DNA of 60,876 nt, the filler included, from Basidiobolus ranarum (Eukaryota), in NCBI GenBank assembly GCA_040143965.1. It is 3 parts of 3 records of this genome, joined end to end, with 100 filler letters (N's around TTAATTAATTAA, not from the genome) between each part and the next. Parts side by side here need not be neighbours in the genome. Positions count along the whole stretch, not along the records: positions 1 to 20,312 come from JASJQH010000231.1; positions 20,413 to 40,689 come from JASJQH010000232.1; 1 more part is not named here. One strand, written 5' to 3'. The notes under the pieces are model-generated. The model was not told the DNA's origin. It worked only from the letters and a program-made list of their open reading frames with translations, and ran no database searches. The translations under genes and the position numbers were made by a program. Position 1 is the stretch's first letter. Every line of letters starts with the position of its first letter. Shown here one piece after another: positions 17,467-29,455 of this stretch.

Positions 17467-20312
17467 TAGAGTACATATTTAACTACCAGCCAATAAGTCT
17501 ATATTTGGGCTCATCTAAAGTTGATGACTGTAAGAGGTCATATATTCAGCAAGCCAACTCTAAAGACATTACTTAAAACAGTGGCAAAATGAGTTTAGGA
17601 TGGGCTTTGTCACCCTTCTATGCCAATGTAAGGCATTCTAATGAAGGGCCAATGCCTTAGTCTATGACCTGCTTACTAAAGGTTTATGATGGAATAACAT
17701 TGTAAACTAACTTACCGCATTGCATTGGTCTCGAATATTAATATAAATGTAAGCCATCATGTTCTACCAGTAGATGTATAATCACATAACCATATTTGGC
17801 TTACCAAGTATCACATGCAAGACTGGATTCAATTTAACCAAAGCAAGCATTTGAAAATTAAAAGTAAATAGAGAATCATCGTTGTCATCCTCCATTTCTG
17901 TGTATTTCTTTCAATTTCAGTGAAATGGTGCCAACGATCAGAGTACTCACTGGGCTTTTAGCCACTTGTGCACTGTATTAATAGCTAATCGTCACCTATG
18001 AGGATTCCATTGAATATGATGGAATTGATGGAAACGCGGCGTACTTCCAACGACGTGCAGTTGAGATGTATCTATTTTCTAGACCCCTCTACATTGCCTA
18101 TCGACTTTAGTGTAGACCACTCAAGGGCTTTATAAGCGGCGGTTGTAATTTCCATCACAAAGGTATGTCTCGGCTAAGTATGATTTCCCTGCTCTTTGTT
18201 GTGAGATGTGTTAACCATCTTACGAATGTCTAGTTGTATGTTGATTAGGATGCTCACAAATTGCGGAAACGCATCACCAAAGAATTAAGCGCCATATCAG
18301 TTGATATTCTACTTGGTAATTAGAGTCAGACTGATCTGATCCAATCTTGGCATAGATAAGGGTATTCCATTAAAGTAGAATTACTATAAATCACTTTTGG
18401 GTAGCAGCTCCGTATCTTCAATGGTATCCAGGGGTTGTGATGATTTCCAATCCAGATTTCGATCCAAAGTTAAAAATAGTCCATTCCGCAAGCAACTGTA
18501 TCTGAACGCGGGCTTCTTCTTCCACTAGTCAATGCATCATCAAACAATACACTTCCATCTGATACCGACAAATATATCCAGGATATTGAAGAGTTATTAA
18601 CGACCAGTTAAGCAAAGAAAATCCTTAATATCACGTTGAATCTTCAATACCCTCGCATCATCGTCTTGGGTACTTTCGAACTAAGATGGATACATTCGCG
18701 CGCTAATCGGAGCAATTTACAATGTTGCACTTATAATGACGCTATATCACGCCTATCTCATCCTTCATCGTAGCCATCAACAGCGAAGCCTTATCCTCTG
18801 GTAGAGGGTGAATCACAACATTAAGTGATATTAAGCTTGGTTACACGATATTCTCCATAGGAATGAGATGGTGAGGAGAAGGGAAAGGCGGTACTGATAC
18901 CAGCTGATCTTCTCAACCTTGGTACATGTGCATATCTTAGGTTCTAAGAGTAAGCAAGTTAAGCTTAATCCGAGGCTTCATGTGCATTAAGCTAAGTACG
19001 TGAACACAAAGCTCAGGAGCCATTTCACATACCTGATCAGCAGCATCACAAAGTTCTCTGGGTGAAACAGAGTACATTTAATTGGATAGAAGTCATCCGG
19101 CTGTTAGAAGAAAAGAGTATCTTCTTTGTTCCTTTCCTCACTACAAAGTCTCTAATCACTAAACAGGATTCTTTCTGTCACGCTGCAGAGAAAAGTTTAA
19201 ATATGACCAGCTGATCTCTACACTGTTGAGTCATTGTAAGACTCCAACCCTGTACTACACAACGTCGCAATCTAAACAACTCTAATTCCTCAGGAGCGGA
19301 GCCCTATGAATCCACTCGTATGATTCAACACTAATTCCGCCTCCAGCATAATGTGTAAGTCATAACCAATCGGTCGTCGCTCCTAGGCAGTATCGCCAGC
19401 TGGTATAAGACCTATGCTTAGTCTAGTGACCTCACACGATGCTGATTTGATTCTTGAACCATATAGCTCGGCCAATCAGAGGCAATGGTAGCCATCTGAG
19501 ACCAAAAAAAGTTTAAATTATTTAGTTGGTCCTAGCCGTGAAGGGTCGTGAGGTGAGCCTCGAATAAGACCCAAGATGAGATGTGGTGAGGCGAGCTTCA
19601 ATGCAAACATATAAGTTGTAGCCCGAGGCGGCAGACGAACAATCCCCTACACAAGGATCCTGAATCCCAGATACCGAATCTCGTAAAATGATGGTGGAGA
19701 TACTAAAATAGGCACAATAGCGGCGTTTTTTAGCACTTTGGTTGAAAGCCCCATTTACCCTTTCAATTCAGAAAATCCATCACGATCCCGCCCTTAATGA
19801 AGGTTCTGTATCCATCTGAAATGGATTTTGGCTGGGGCATAGTCATGATTGAGAGCCACGGGTTATCCCAAATACGAAACCGCGAATTTCAAATCTCTTC
19901 GTGAGCTCTGGGTGCTTCAGACCTTGGCCCTATGCAAATTCAGCATTTCTGTATGCGTTTGATCTTTCTCCCTCAATACTAACATGTCGACATGTGCATG
20001 AAAATGGGAGTTCAAACCTGATGTGAATTTTCATTGATGCTGCATGTGTTTCATCGATGGACAATATAATATGCACTTGAGTATACAGGGGCCTAGATTA
20101 GTTACTACGCATCATCATTTTGAAACAATAGACTTCGATGTTTGAAATTACGCCATTCCAGTAAATTCGATGGTACAACGGACAGCGTTTGGTATTTGCG
20201 ATGAGTATTGGATTGGGCAGCATATAATACTAGGTATATCTTGTGAAACTCTTGCTGTGCATTGAAAATAAAGCGCCTGTAGCCTAGTCAGTAATTCTGA
20301 TCATTATCATTG

Positions 20313-20412
20313 NNNNNNNNNNNNNNNNNNNNNNNNNNNNNNNNNNNNNNNNNNNNTTAATTAATTAANNNNNNNNNNNNNNNNNNNNNNNNNNNNNNNN
20401 NNNNNNNNNNNN
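20313..20412. other. Artificial contig spacer N44-TTAATTAATTAA-N44
   Basis: Exactly 100 nt with a six-frame stop linker in the middle; identical to 40690-40789. Confidence 0.97.
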
Positions 20413-20703
20413 TGTTTTTGATCATCCCAGGTTCAGTGATTGCTTGAAGTAGGGTTAGGGTTTATCCAAATTGAATTGCATAGCATGAAATCAGTTTATA
20501 AGTTTATGGGATACACGATTGCCCAAATCGGTGATTAAATGAATTCTATTTAAACATGTTATGAGTAGATTTCTTTTATACACGAAAAAAAAATCCACAT
20601 TTGAGCTGTATTTACTTCATTCGCGATGTCATTTCAAGCTACCTCACTGGACTCGTTCGTGTGACAATCTTTCCATATATTCCGCTTCTGCTTGAAAAAT
20701 AAA

Positions 20704-22116
20704 ATGACCGGTACCAACGAACAAGAAAAGAAGCAAATCAAACGTCCCAGAGGTTTGAAAAAGGCTTCTATGGCCAACAAGAAGGCCAAGGTAGAAGAGC
20801 CCGAGACCGACCTTAATGAAGAAGATATGACTTTGGTCATGGAAGGTGATGTAGACGAGGTTGAGGAACTCAGATTGATTTACGAAAGTGCTTGCGAGAA
20901 ATTAGCCGAGGATCAAGACAAGGGTAAGCTCCTCTTGAACGGTACTGTCCATGAAGCTGATCGTCTTTTACGTAACTGGGGAGAAGAGCCCGTACCAAGT
21001 AAATTCTATTTAACCTATGGTTCTGCTCTCTTCGACTTGAGCGAGTTACAAGACAAGCCTGAGGATGCCACCGAATACTTGAACATCGCCATCGAGCGTT
21101 TAGATTCTGCTCTCGAAAAAGCTAAAGAAGAAGGTAACGAGAAATTCTGGGAATTAAATTTTGTAGTAGGAAAAGCCTATTTGAGTAAGGTACCTTGACC
21201 ATCATACTTTATTTTAACTCTATTATTACCGTTATTTACCAAAGTTAACATTGAATATACTCAGGCACGTATCACTCGTGAAACTTCCAAGGAAGATGAT
21301 AGTGAGCTTGTGAAGAAAGCCTTAGAACACTTTGAGGTTGTATTTGACTCGATTCCAAAGGAAGATGAAGACGCTGAAGTATCTCGCAAGCTTAATGCTC
21401 TCAATGTCGCCGCTGAATTGATCCGTCTTTACACAGAAGTATACAATGATTGGGAGGAGAAAGAAAAGCTATACAAATGGGCTGAAGAGAAATTCACCAA
21501 CTTGCTTCAAGGTAAGTCCAAATCACTAATAGAAATCCTAAACTTAAGCTAACACCTATGATCCTGTTAGTCAATGAAAGTTACTTCCAAACCTTGGTTA
21601 GTCTCGGTGGCTGCTATTTGGCCATGGCAAATAGCCGACTTGAAAAACTTGATGATGACAAAGAAGAGGAGGAGGAAGATGAAGAAGAAACTCCCACTGA
21701 TGATTTGGCTAAAGAATATTTAGAGAAAGGTAAATAACCTTGGAGATGATGGAATATTTCATCAATTTCTAATCCTTCTTTGTCCTTTAGCTATTAAACA
21801 TCTTACCGCCGCTGAGAGTAGAATCGATGGTGGTGGCGTTGAAGTATCCAGACTCCTTACTTTGGTAAACTCAAGTTACATAGAAAAGTTTTTTATTGAT
21901 ACCACTTTAACGCAAAGTCTATTTCCTTAGCTTGGTGAAGCCCAAATTAACTTGGGTAACATGGAAGAAAATGAAGAAGCTCAGTACGCTCTATACCAAC
22001 AAGCTGTTGATAATTTGAAGAAGGCTAGCACTGTTGGTGGAGAAGACTTCGCACTTCCTGAACAGTTTGGAGACTTCTTGGAAGAATGGGAAAACGAATT
22101 ACAGGATGAAAACTAA
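20704..22116 (+). CDS. ETT1: Ett1/Nro1-like protein (enhancer of translation termination / Ofd1 regulator), multi-exon
   Basis: N-terminal KRPRGLKKA, LLLNGTVHEADRLLRN, FYLTYGSALFDL, acidic helical-repeat body, C-terminal LGEAQINLGN. Confidence 0.75.
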
Positions 22117-22377
22117 TCACCATCAACTAAATAAATAAAACTTCCAGAATATTACCTTACTCTTTGAAATTGATATTTTGAACAGATTCTTGGGAACAAC
22201 TAATATTTCGAACCAATCTAGTTGGTAAGTATTTATTTACTTGCAGATGAATTATGGTGAAAGTTTTAAAATGATGTGGAAGAATGGTGCTTAATAAGCC
22301 ATGTTTACTCTTCTTGTCTCCATTAAAAAGAATAAAAAATGTTTGAACTGTGAATGAGGTTATGCAGTCAGTTCGAT

Positions 22378-24200
22378 TTAAACGAAAGACTTGACGAACT
22401 CGGGAATGACAGTACGGAGCTTCTTCTCAGTAACTTCGGTGATTTGACCTTCATTCTTGATAGCATCGAGAATATCGGAGTGGTTAGCGGTCATATGAGG
22501 AAGGAAGTTGCTTTCGAATTCAACAATGCGCTTAACATCAACTTTGTCTAAGAAACCGTTGACACCAGCGAAGATAATGGCAACTTGTTGTTCAACTGGA
22601 AGAGGTCTGTATTGAGGTTGCTTCAACAATTCGGTGAGACGAGCACCACGGTTAAGTAAGAATTGAGTGGAAGCATCTAAATCAGAACCGAACTGGGCGA
22701 AGGCAGCAACTTCACGGTATTGGGCCAAGAAAAGTTTCAAGGAACCGGCAACTTGCTTCATAGCCTTGGTTTGAGCAGCGGAACCGACACGGGATACGGA
22801 AATACCGACGTTAATGGCAGGACGGATACCCTTGAAGAATAATTCAGCTTCCAAGAAAATTTGACCATCGGTAATGGAAATGACGTTGGTAGGAATATAG
22901 GCTGACACATCACCACCTTGGGTTTCAATGATGGGAAGGGCGGTCAAGGAACCGGAACCGAAGTTCTTGTTCATCTTAGCGGCACGTTCCAAAAGTCTGG
23001 AGTGAAGGTAGAAAACATCACCAGGGTAGGCCTCACGACCAGGAGGACGACGAAGCAAGAGAGACATTTGACGGTAAGCAACAGCTTGCTTGGACAAATC
23101 ATCGAAAACAATGAGGGCGTGCTTGCCGTTATCACGGAAGAATTCACCCATGGCACAACCAGAGTAAGGAGCCAAGAATTGAAGAGGAGCAGCTTCAGAA
23201 GCAGTGGCAGCAACAACAATAGAGTACTTCATGGCATCATTCTCTTCCAAAGTCTTGACGAATTGAGCAACAGTGGATCTCTTTTGGCCAATAGCGACAT
23301 AAACACAGTACAACTTCTTGGACTCATCAGTACCATCGTTCCACTTCTTTTGGTTAAGAATGGTATCGAGGGCAACAGCGGTCTTACCGGTTTGACGATC
23401 ACCAATAATCAACTCACGCTGACCACGACCGATGGGAAGCATAGAATCGATAGATTTCATACCAGTTTGCATAGGTTCGTGGACGGATTGACGGGGAATA
23501 ATACCGGGGGCCTTGACTTGAACACGTTGACGGACAGCATTGGGAATGGGACCCTTACCATCAATGGGGTTACCAAGGGCATCAACGACACGTCCAAGCA
23601 AACCTTCACCAGTAGGAACATCGACAATGTTACCGGTACGTTTGACGGTATCACCTTCCTTGATCAAACGATCGTTACCGAAAATAACGATACCAACGTT
23701 GTCAGGCTCCAAGTTAAGGGCCATACCCTGAACTCCAGAGGAGAACTCCACCATCTCATCGGCCTGGACGTTTTGAAGGCCGTAAACACGAGCAATACCA
23801 TCTCCAACGGAGAGGACACGACCGGTTTCGTTAATATCAGCAGCATCGGAAAGACCAAGGATACGTTCTTCGAGGATGGAAGAAACCTCGGAAGTAGCTA
23901 TACATAAACGTTAGATTATATTATAGGTGAGTGCATAATGGCAAAAGCTTACAAGGCTTGGCACCAGCAGTAGTTACAGAGCTGGAGGTAAAGAGTCTAG
24001 TGGCCATGGTAAGGGCACCAACATTGTGGCGAGCCTGTATTGGAAAGTGGTGAACTTTAGTATATAACTCCAGATACAAGTCTTCCGTATGCTCTTCCTC
24101 ATATATATAGAAACAGGAATAGTATAAAACTTACAACAGAAGCAACATTGCGAGCAATGGCTTGACGGGCAGCTACACGAAGAGCAGTATTTCTAAGCAT
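22378..24200 (-). CDS. ATP1: Mitochondrial F1 ATP synthase alpha subunit, 3 exons
   Basis: GDRQTGKT Walker [24 protein letters not shown]; presequence [22 protein letters not shown] in two short upstream exons. Confidence 0.98.
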
Positions 24201-24538
24201 TTTGACCAAACCAGAAGATGAGTGAAAAGCGAGGGAGAATAGACCGACTGAACAAACGTTAAATTTGGATCGAATCAGTGTGTAGTATGCAAGAGGTGTG
24301 GGGTAGAAATTTTTTATAGCGACCCATGCTACTGTTCACCATTTCCCCATCGGTTGTTGCCTCTTCACCCTTGATCCCATTCTCCTTGTATTTGAGATTT
24401 TGATGATTGGTCATTACATCCCCACCGTCTTGATTCGTGATGGGGCAGTTGAAGTTCGTATGCATCATCAAACACTCGTAACCCTAACCCTAAGATGGAT
24501 TGACAGATCTTGGAAAATATCGATAAATAGCCAAAAAG

Positions 24539-24754
24539 ATGGTTAAAAGAGGAAGTTTAAGCAAGTACGATATTTCCAAGGATTCAGAAGGAGTAACCAA
24601 GAATAGGAATTACGTAGAATATATTCCGGAAGAAAAGAGCAAGTTGATTTTAGATACACTTCAATCCACACCTCAATTTGACAAAGCCTTAAATTCATAT
24701 TTAAAACGAGTTTCCGGTCCAATCATTTTGGAATTGAATAGGACACAAAATTGA
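24539..24754 (+). CDS. Possible small hypothetical protein (71 aa) in the ATP1/PP2A-B intergenic region
   Basis: ATG after an A-rich leader (ccaaaaagATG), hydrophilic protein-like composition; no family recognised. Confidence 0.25.
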   Translation: MVKRGSLSKYDISKDSEGVTKNRNYVEYIPEEKSKLILDTLQSTPQFDKALNSYLKRVSGPIILELNRTQN

Positions 24755-24998
24755 TGAAATTCATCATCTCAATACGTGTTAGTATCTGCATTTGTATTTT
24801 CTGCTTGATCTAAATTATGCCCAGTGATAGTGATTACTAACTGCACTTAATGGGATTTTGAACTGCTAAAAAAAATCAAGAGGATTTCGCGGCCTTACAC
24901 AGGAACTTACCTAGTTGTTTTGTCCCTCCAACCTTTCTTTCCACCACTCCAGTTTGTAGTATTCCCCTCTTTTTTATTTATCTCTTTGAAAATTCAAT

Positions 24999-26920
24999 AT
25001 GGCTGAAGTTGATGGAGGATGGAAATTTGCCCAATGTTTTGGTGACAAGGGTGATGTCGAAGACATCTCCGAAGGTATGTTGAGAGTTTCTGGTTGTAAC
25101 ATGATGCTCCCCCCTAAGATGTCACCTGCTTTGAAGTTATTTGATAAGCTTTACCTTAATATGTTAACTTGAGCTTCACCTCAACACATACCCCTATTTT
25201 TTTTACTTTCATCTTGTACCGCCAGTACTGTCTGTGAAGCCCTTTCTTTTGCTCAAACTAACTTATATCTCAATATATTGTAGTCGACATTATTTCTACT
25301 GTAGAATTCGACCACACTGGTGATTATCTTGCTACTGGTGACAGGGGAGGCAGAGTAGTGTTATTCGAGAGAAACGATGGAGTAGGTTTATTTCGGATCT
25401 TGTGCTTTCCCCTGAAATAATATTTAACCATTATTACCCATAGAAAAAGGGCTGCGAATATAAATTTCACACAGAATTTCAATCCCACGAACCCGAATTT
25501 GATTACTTGAAGAGTTTAGAAATTGAAGAAAGAATCAACAAGATCAGATGGTGCAAGCGCCAGAATTCGGCCCATTTCTTGCTCTCTACAAATGGTACGA
25601 ATTTGGTCGAGAGATCTTTGATAAGAGTTTTATTGAATTAATTGGAGCAGTATTAATGTATTTCAATGCCAATTCCAGATAAAACCATCAAATTATGGAA
25701 GGTTTTCGAAAAGTCCTTGAAGGTTGTTTCAGAAAAGAATCTCACCGACGGCCTGCCTCGACCACTTTTGAACACTAGTTCCTTGAAACTTCCTAAGCTT
25801 ACCCATCATGATACCATTGTTGCTGCAGTACCTAGAAAGGTGTATGCGAATGCTCACGCTTACCATATCAACTCCATCTCTATCAACTCGGATGGGGAGA
25901 CGTACCTTTCTGGAGATGACCTCAGAATTAATCTCTGGAACCTGAATATCAGCGATCAGAGCTTCAGTATCCTTTTTTACTTTGACACATATATTACGTT
26001 GTTGTGTAGCACTGTCGGTGGTTGTTTTCCTTAAGTCAATCCCAATAGATATTGTTGATATCAAGCCCGCCAATATGGAGGAGCTGACTGAGGTGATTAC
26101 TGCTTCAGAGTTTCATCCATCACATTGTAATGTCTTCATGTACAGCAGCAGTAAGGGAACTATCAAGCTATGTGACATGAGAGAGGCTGCCCTTTGTGAC
26201 CGTTATGCGAAGAGTATGAACACTATCCCAGCTATTCTCACGATGATGCATTGCAGAGTTCTAACCATCTTCCTTCTTTTCCTTTTGTTCAATGTTAATA
26301 GTGTTTGAGGAAGAGGAAGACCCCAGTAGTAGGTCCTTCTTCTCTGAAATTATCTCATCCATTTCGGATGTGAAGTTCAGTAATGACGGGCGCTACATTC
26401 TCTCCCGTGACTATCTTACCCTGAAGATTTGGGATATCAACATGGACAGTAAACCGGTAGAGACCATCAACGTGCACGATTATCTTCGTAGCAAGCTATG
26501 TGATCTTTACGAGAACGATTGCATCTTTGACAAGTTCGAGTGCAACATCAGTGGAGATGGAAAGTATCCTTTTTGTCGAATTATCATGCGATTTTCTATG
26601 TTATTTCTTGTTACATTGTCCTTAATTCACACTTGCTTAGCTCCATTCTCACCGGTTCATACAGTAATTACTTCAACATCTTTGATGTGAACAACAAGAG
26701 TGAGGTCACTTTACAAGCAGATAAGAGTGCCTTCAAGGCCAAACGTGTTGGTTCCACCAAGAACAAGTTGAGTTTTGGTCGCGGAGGCAAGAATGGCAAG
26801 AAGGAGGATATTAATCCTGATACCATGGACTTCAACAAGAAAATCCTTCATACCTCATGGCATCCAAGGGAAAATACGATTGCAGTTGCCGCAACCAACA
26901 ATCTTTTTATCTTCTCGTAA
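24999..26920 (+). CDS. CDC55: Protein phosphatase 2A regulatory subunit B55 (WD40), multi-exon with two U12-type introns
   Basis: [93 protein letters not shown]. Confidence 0.97.
25967..26048 (+). other. U12-type (minor spliceosome) GT-AG intron
   Basis: 5' splice site GTATCCTTTT; branch TTTTCCTTAAG at 26025-26035, about 14 nt from the AG; splicing restores SF-N-IVDIKP. Confidence 0.9.
26564..26640 (+). other. U12-type (minor spliceosome) GT-AG intron
   Basis: 5' splice site GTATCCTTTT; branch TGTCCTTAAT at 26617-26626, about 15 nt from the AG; splicing restores DG-N-SILTGSY. Confidence 0.9.
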
Positions 26921-28311
26921 GTTAACCTTTACTCTCACTCTCACTAATATTGCTGTGTACTCACTTTTCCAACCCAATCATCTCTGTTCTTAGGCAAGCA
27001 CATTAATCACGATGTTAATCTTTTGAAAATACTCTTGTTTTTTTACTCAAACATGTTTTCTTTCGAGGCTTCTTTTTCCTTCTATTTAATCACCATCTTA
27101 CACCTTTTCCGCTCCCTGTATGTTCTTGTTGATACTTCATAGAACAGAAATTTAACTTCCTTTTCTTTTTTTTCCACCTCTTATTCTACACACAAAATTT
27201 GTAAATGTTTGAAAGTTTATATGTTCTCTACTTACGATAACCCTATCTTTTATTTGTATACCGGTGTAATAAACATTAGATACAAATCGATAATGTAGTG
27301 ATTGAGGCTGGGACTGAAACTGGAGCTAGAGCCAGAGCTGTGACGTATATATAGTTCTTTTTTGCTCTCTTTGTATCTTCTATTCCTAAGCATGATCCAT
27401 TGGTGATTTCTTTAAAGATGTTTTCTACTCTTTCAAATGGTTGTGTTTCAATCGGGTTGTTTATTTGTAATATATATACATATATAGTCAGAAATTCATT
27501 AGACTTTGTAAAGGTAATCAAGCCACTTTTCGCCATGTCTTTCATAATAGGCTTGTTCAGTGTAGTAACCAAATCTACTTGAGAAGGCAAATTTTACCTA
27601 ACATTGATATGTGACAAGTACAGTAACTTGAGTACAGACAGAACACAACTAATGGATTTCATAACGCGTCAGTCATGACCACATTGAAGTTGTACAATTC
27701 ATATAGCATTATAGAGACAGGCCCTCTCTCCCCAAAACAAGTATTTTAATTAATACAACCAAGTTTGGTGACAACTATTTCAAACCATTCAGTCACATTA
27801 TTTTTAGATAAAATCAACAAAATCTTCCTAATCGTAATTCTGAGTTTAGCATACGAGGGAATTAACCAGCAATGATAAAATTGTTAAGAAATGAGTCTAC
27901 TTAGATCATGTTCGCTAAATGATTATATGCAAATTGAATCAAGTGTAAATGCGCTACATTAGTCACTCAATAATCGTATATATATTGTAGGCACTTCTTA
28001 ATAAATTGATTGATCTTCTTTTTACAAATCACTGCTAATTTCTAACAAAAATCACTAGATCAACCTGTGAAATCAGTATAGTGAATGTTGATCAACACAA
28101 TAAAGTTGTACTTGGTGAGTATCGTTTGATATAGAAGTCTGTCTCCAAATAAACGAGTATATCAAGGGGTTGGCTAACTCTAAAATGCTCTCAGTGAAAA
28201 TATGATAACTGTTCCAACGATCTAATGGTCATTCGTTTATTGAGCAGAACTTCAAAGGTTTGTTATTCAAAATGGCTCTGCCACAACATATTTGTTCTAC
28301 TCTCAGTATCA

Positions 28312-28337
28312 TAACCCTAACCCTAACCCTAATCCTA
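28312..28337. repeat. Interstitial telomere-like (TAACCC)n tract
   Basis: taaccctaaccctaaccctaatcctag; shorter copies near 11687-11709, 20451-20463 and 24479-24493. Confidence 0.7.
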
Positions 28338-29455
28338 GACATGGTAAGCCTAAGCCTAATAGTGAAACACTCCGCAGCTATGTTGAATGCACTGTGATCA
28401 ATTACTGGAATGATCTTGTTATAGCAAAGTATAGCTTAAGTGAACATTGTAAAGTAACAGGTGCTATGATTCCATGACTTATTTCACGACCATATCTTTA
28501 CATTGAAGAATAAGCGAGTTACCTTCTTAACTGTCCTTGTAAAGTTTGCTTATCTAAACTAACTTCTGTCAAAATATACATACTCCAGTACCTTCAGTAT
28601 TCAATCAATTTCTGGAGACTTGGGGGTATTTGAAATAGTCAAGAAAGTCACTATATCAGTACCAAAAGCGAGTGAGACTTTTTGCAACTAAGGAAAGAGC
28701 TTCGTATTTTCAAATATCTTGGTTTTCTCTGAATTTTTTGGATGAATTCCAGTAGGTTATCCAAGTAGAAATATTACTTAGTCTCATAATAGAGGTTATA
28801 TTGTAGTAAAGAGGAAGTCGACCATGGTTAAAGTAACTTGTGTGTTCAGCTGTCTGTAGTGTATCTCAGATCATCGAAAGAAATAGTATTTGAAGGTTGA
28901 GGTTTGGTAAATGTTAACCGCTGTTATTACCGTAGATACGACAGACACATTAAGGACATTTTAGAGAGCGAAATAACTTGACTATTCCCTTGGTTAAAAG
29001 TGCAGTACCATAAACAGTTTTCTTGATTAAGGTGAACCTGTAGAGAAATATCTTTTCAAAAGTTAAAATCTTTTTATTCACGATAATAGGGTTTTTGATA
29101 AGCCTTTCCAAGAGTTTTCAAGGAGCTAACGGAAACATCATGTGACTCCGCAGCTCCAGAGTGGTACAATATTAAGTATAATGCTCTAGACATAGGATTG
29201 TCCACATAAATCATGGTATAATTTTCGGTTAGAAATTAGGGTTCAAATGTTTAATGCTCAGTTAGGGATTAATGTGGTGACCGTTCTGCTATATCCAATT
29301 AATCCACCACATTCACACAGAGTATTTGCGGGGAATTAGTTACGAAAAAAAGGGACCCTCTCCCCACAAAAATCTCCTGACTACTTGTGGTAAATATTCT
29401 ATATCTCCATTCCCTACTATCAAAAACACCATTATTCACCATAAGTAAAGCCTCC

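Noticed and set aside
22918-23907. 329-aa ORF antisense to ATP1
   Set aside because: Shadow of the strong codon bias of a highly expressed gene; no recognisable protein features.
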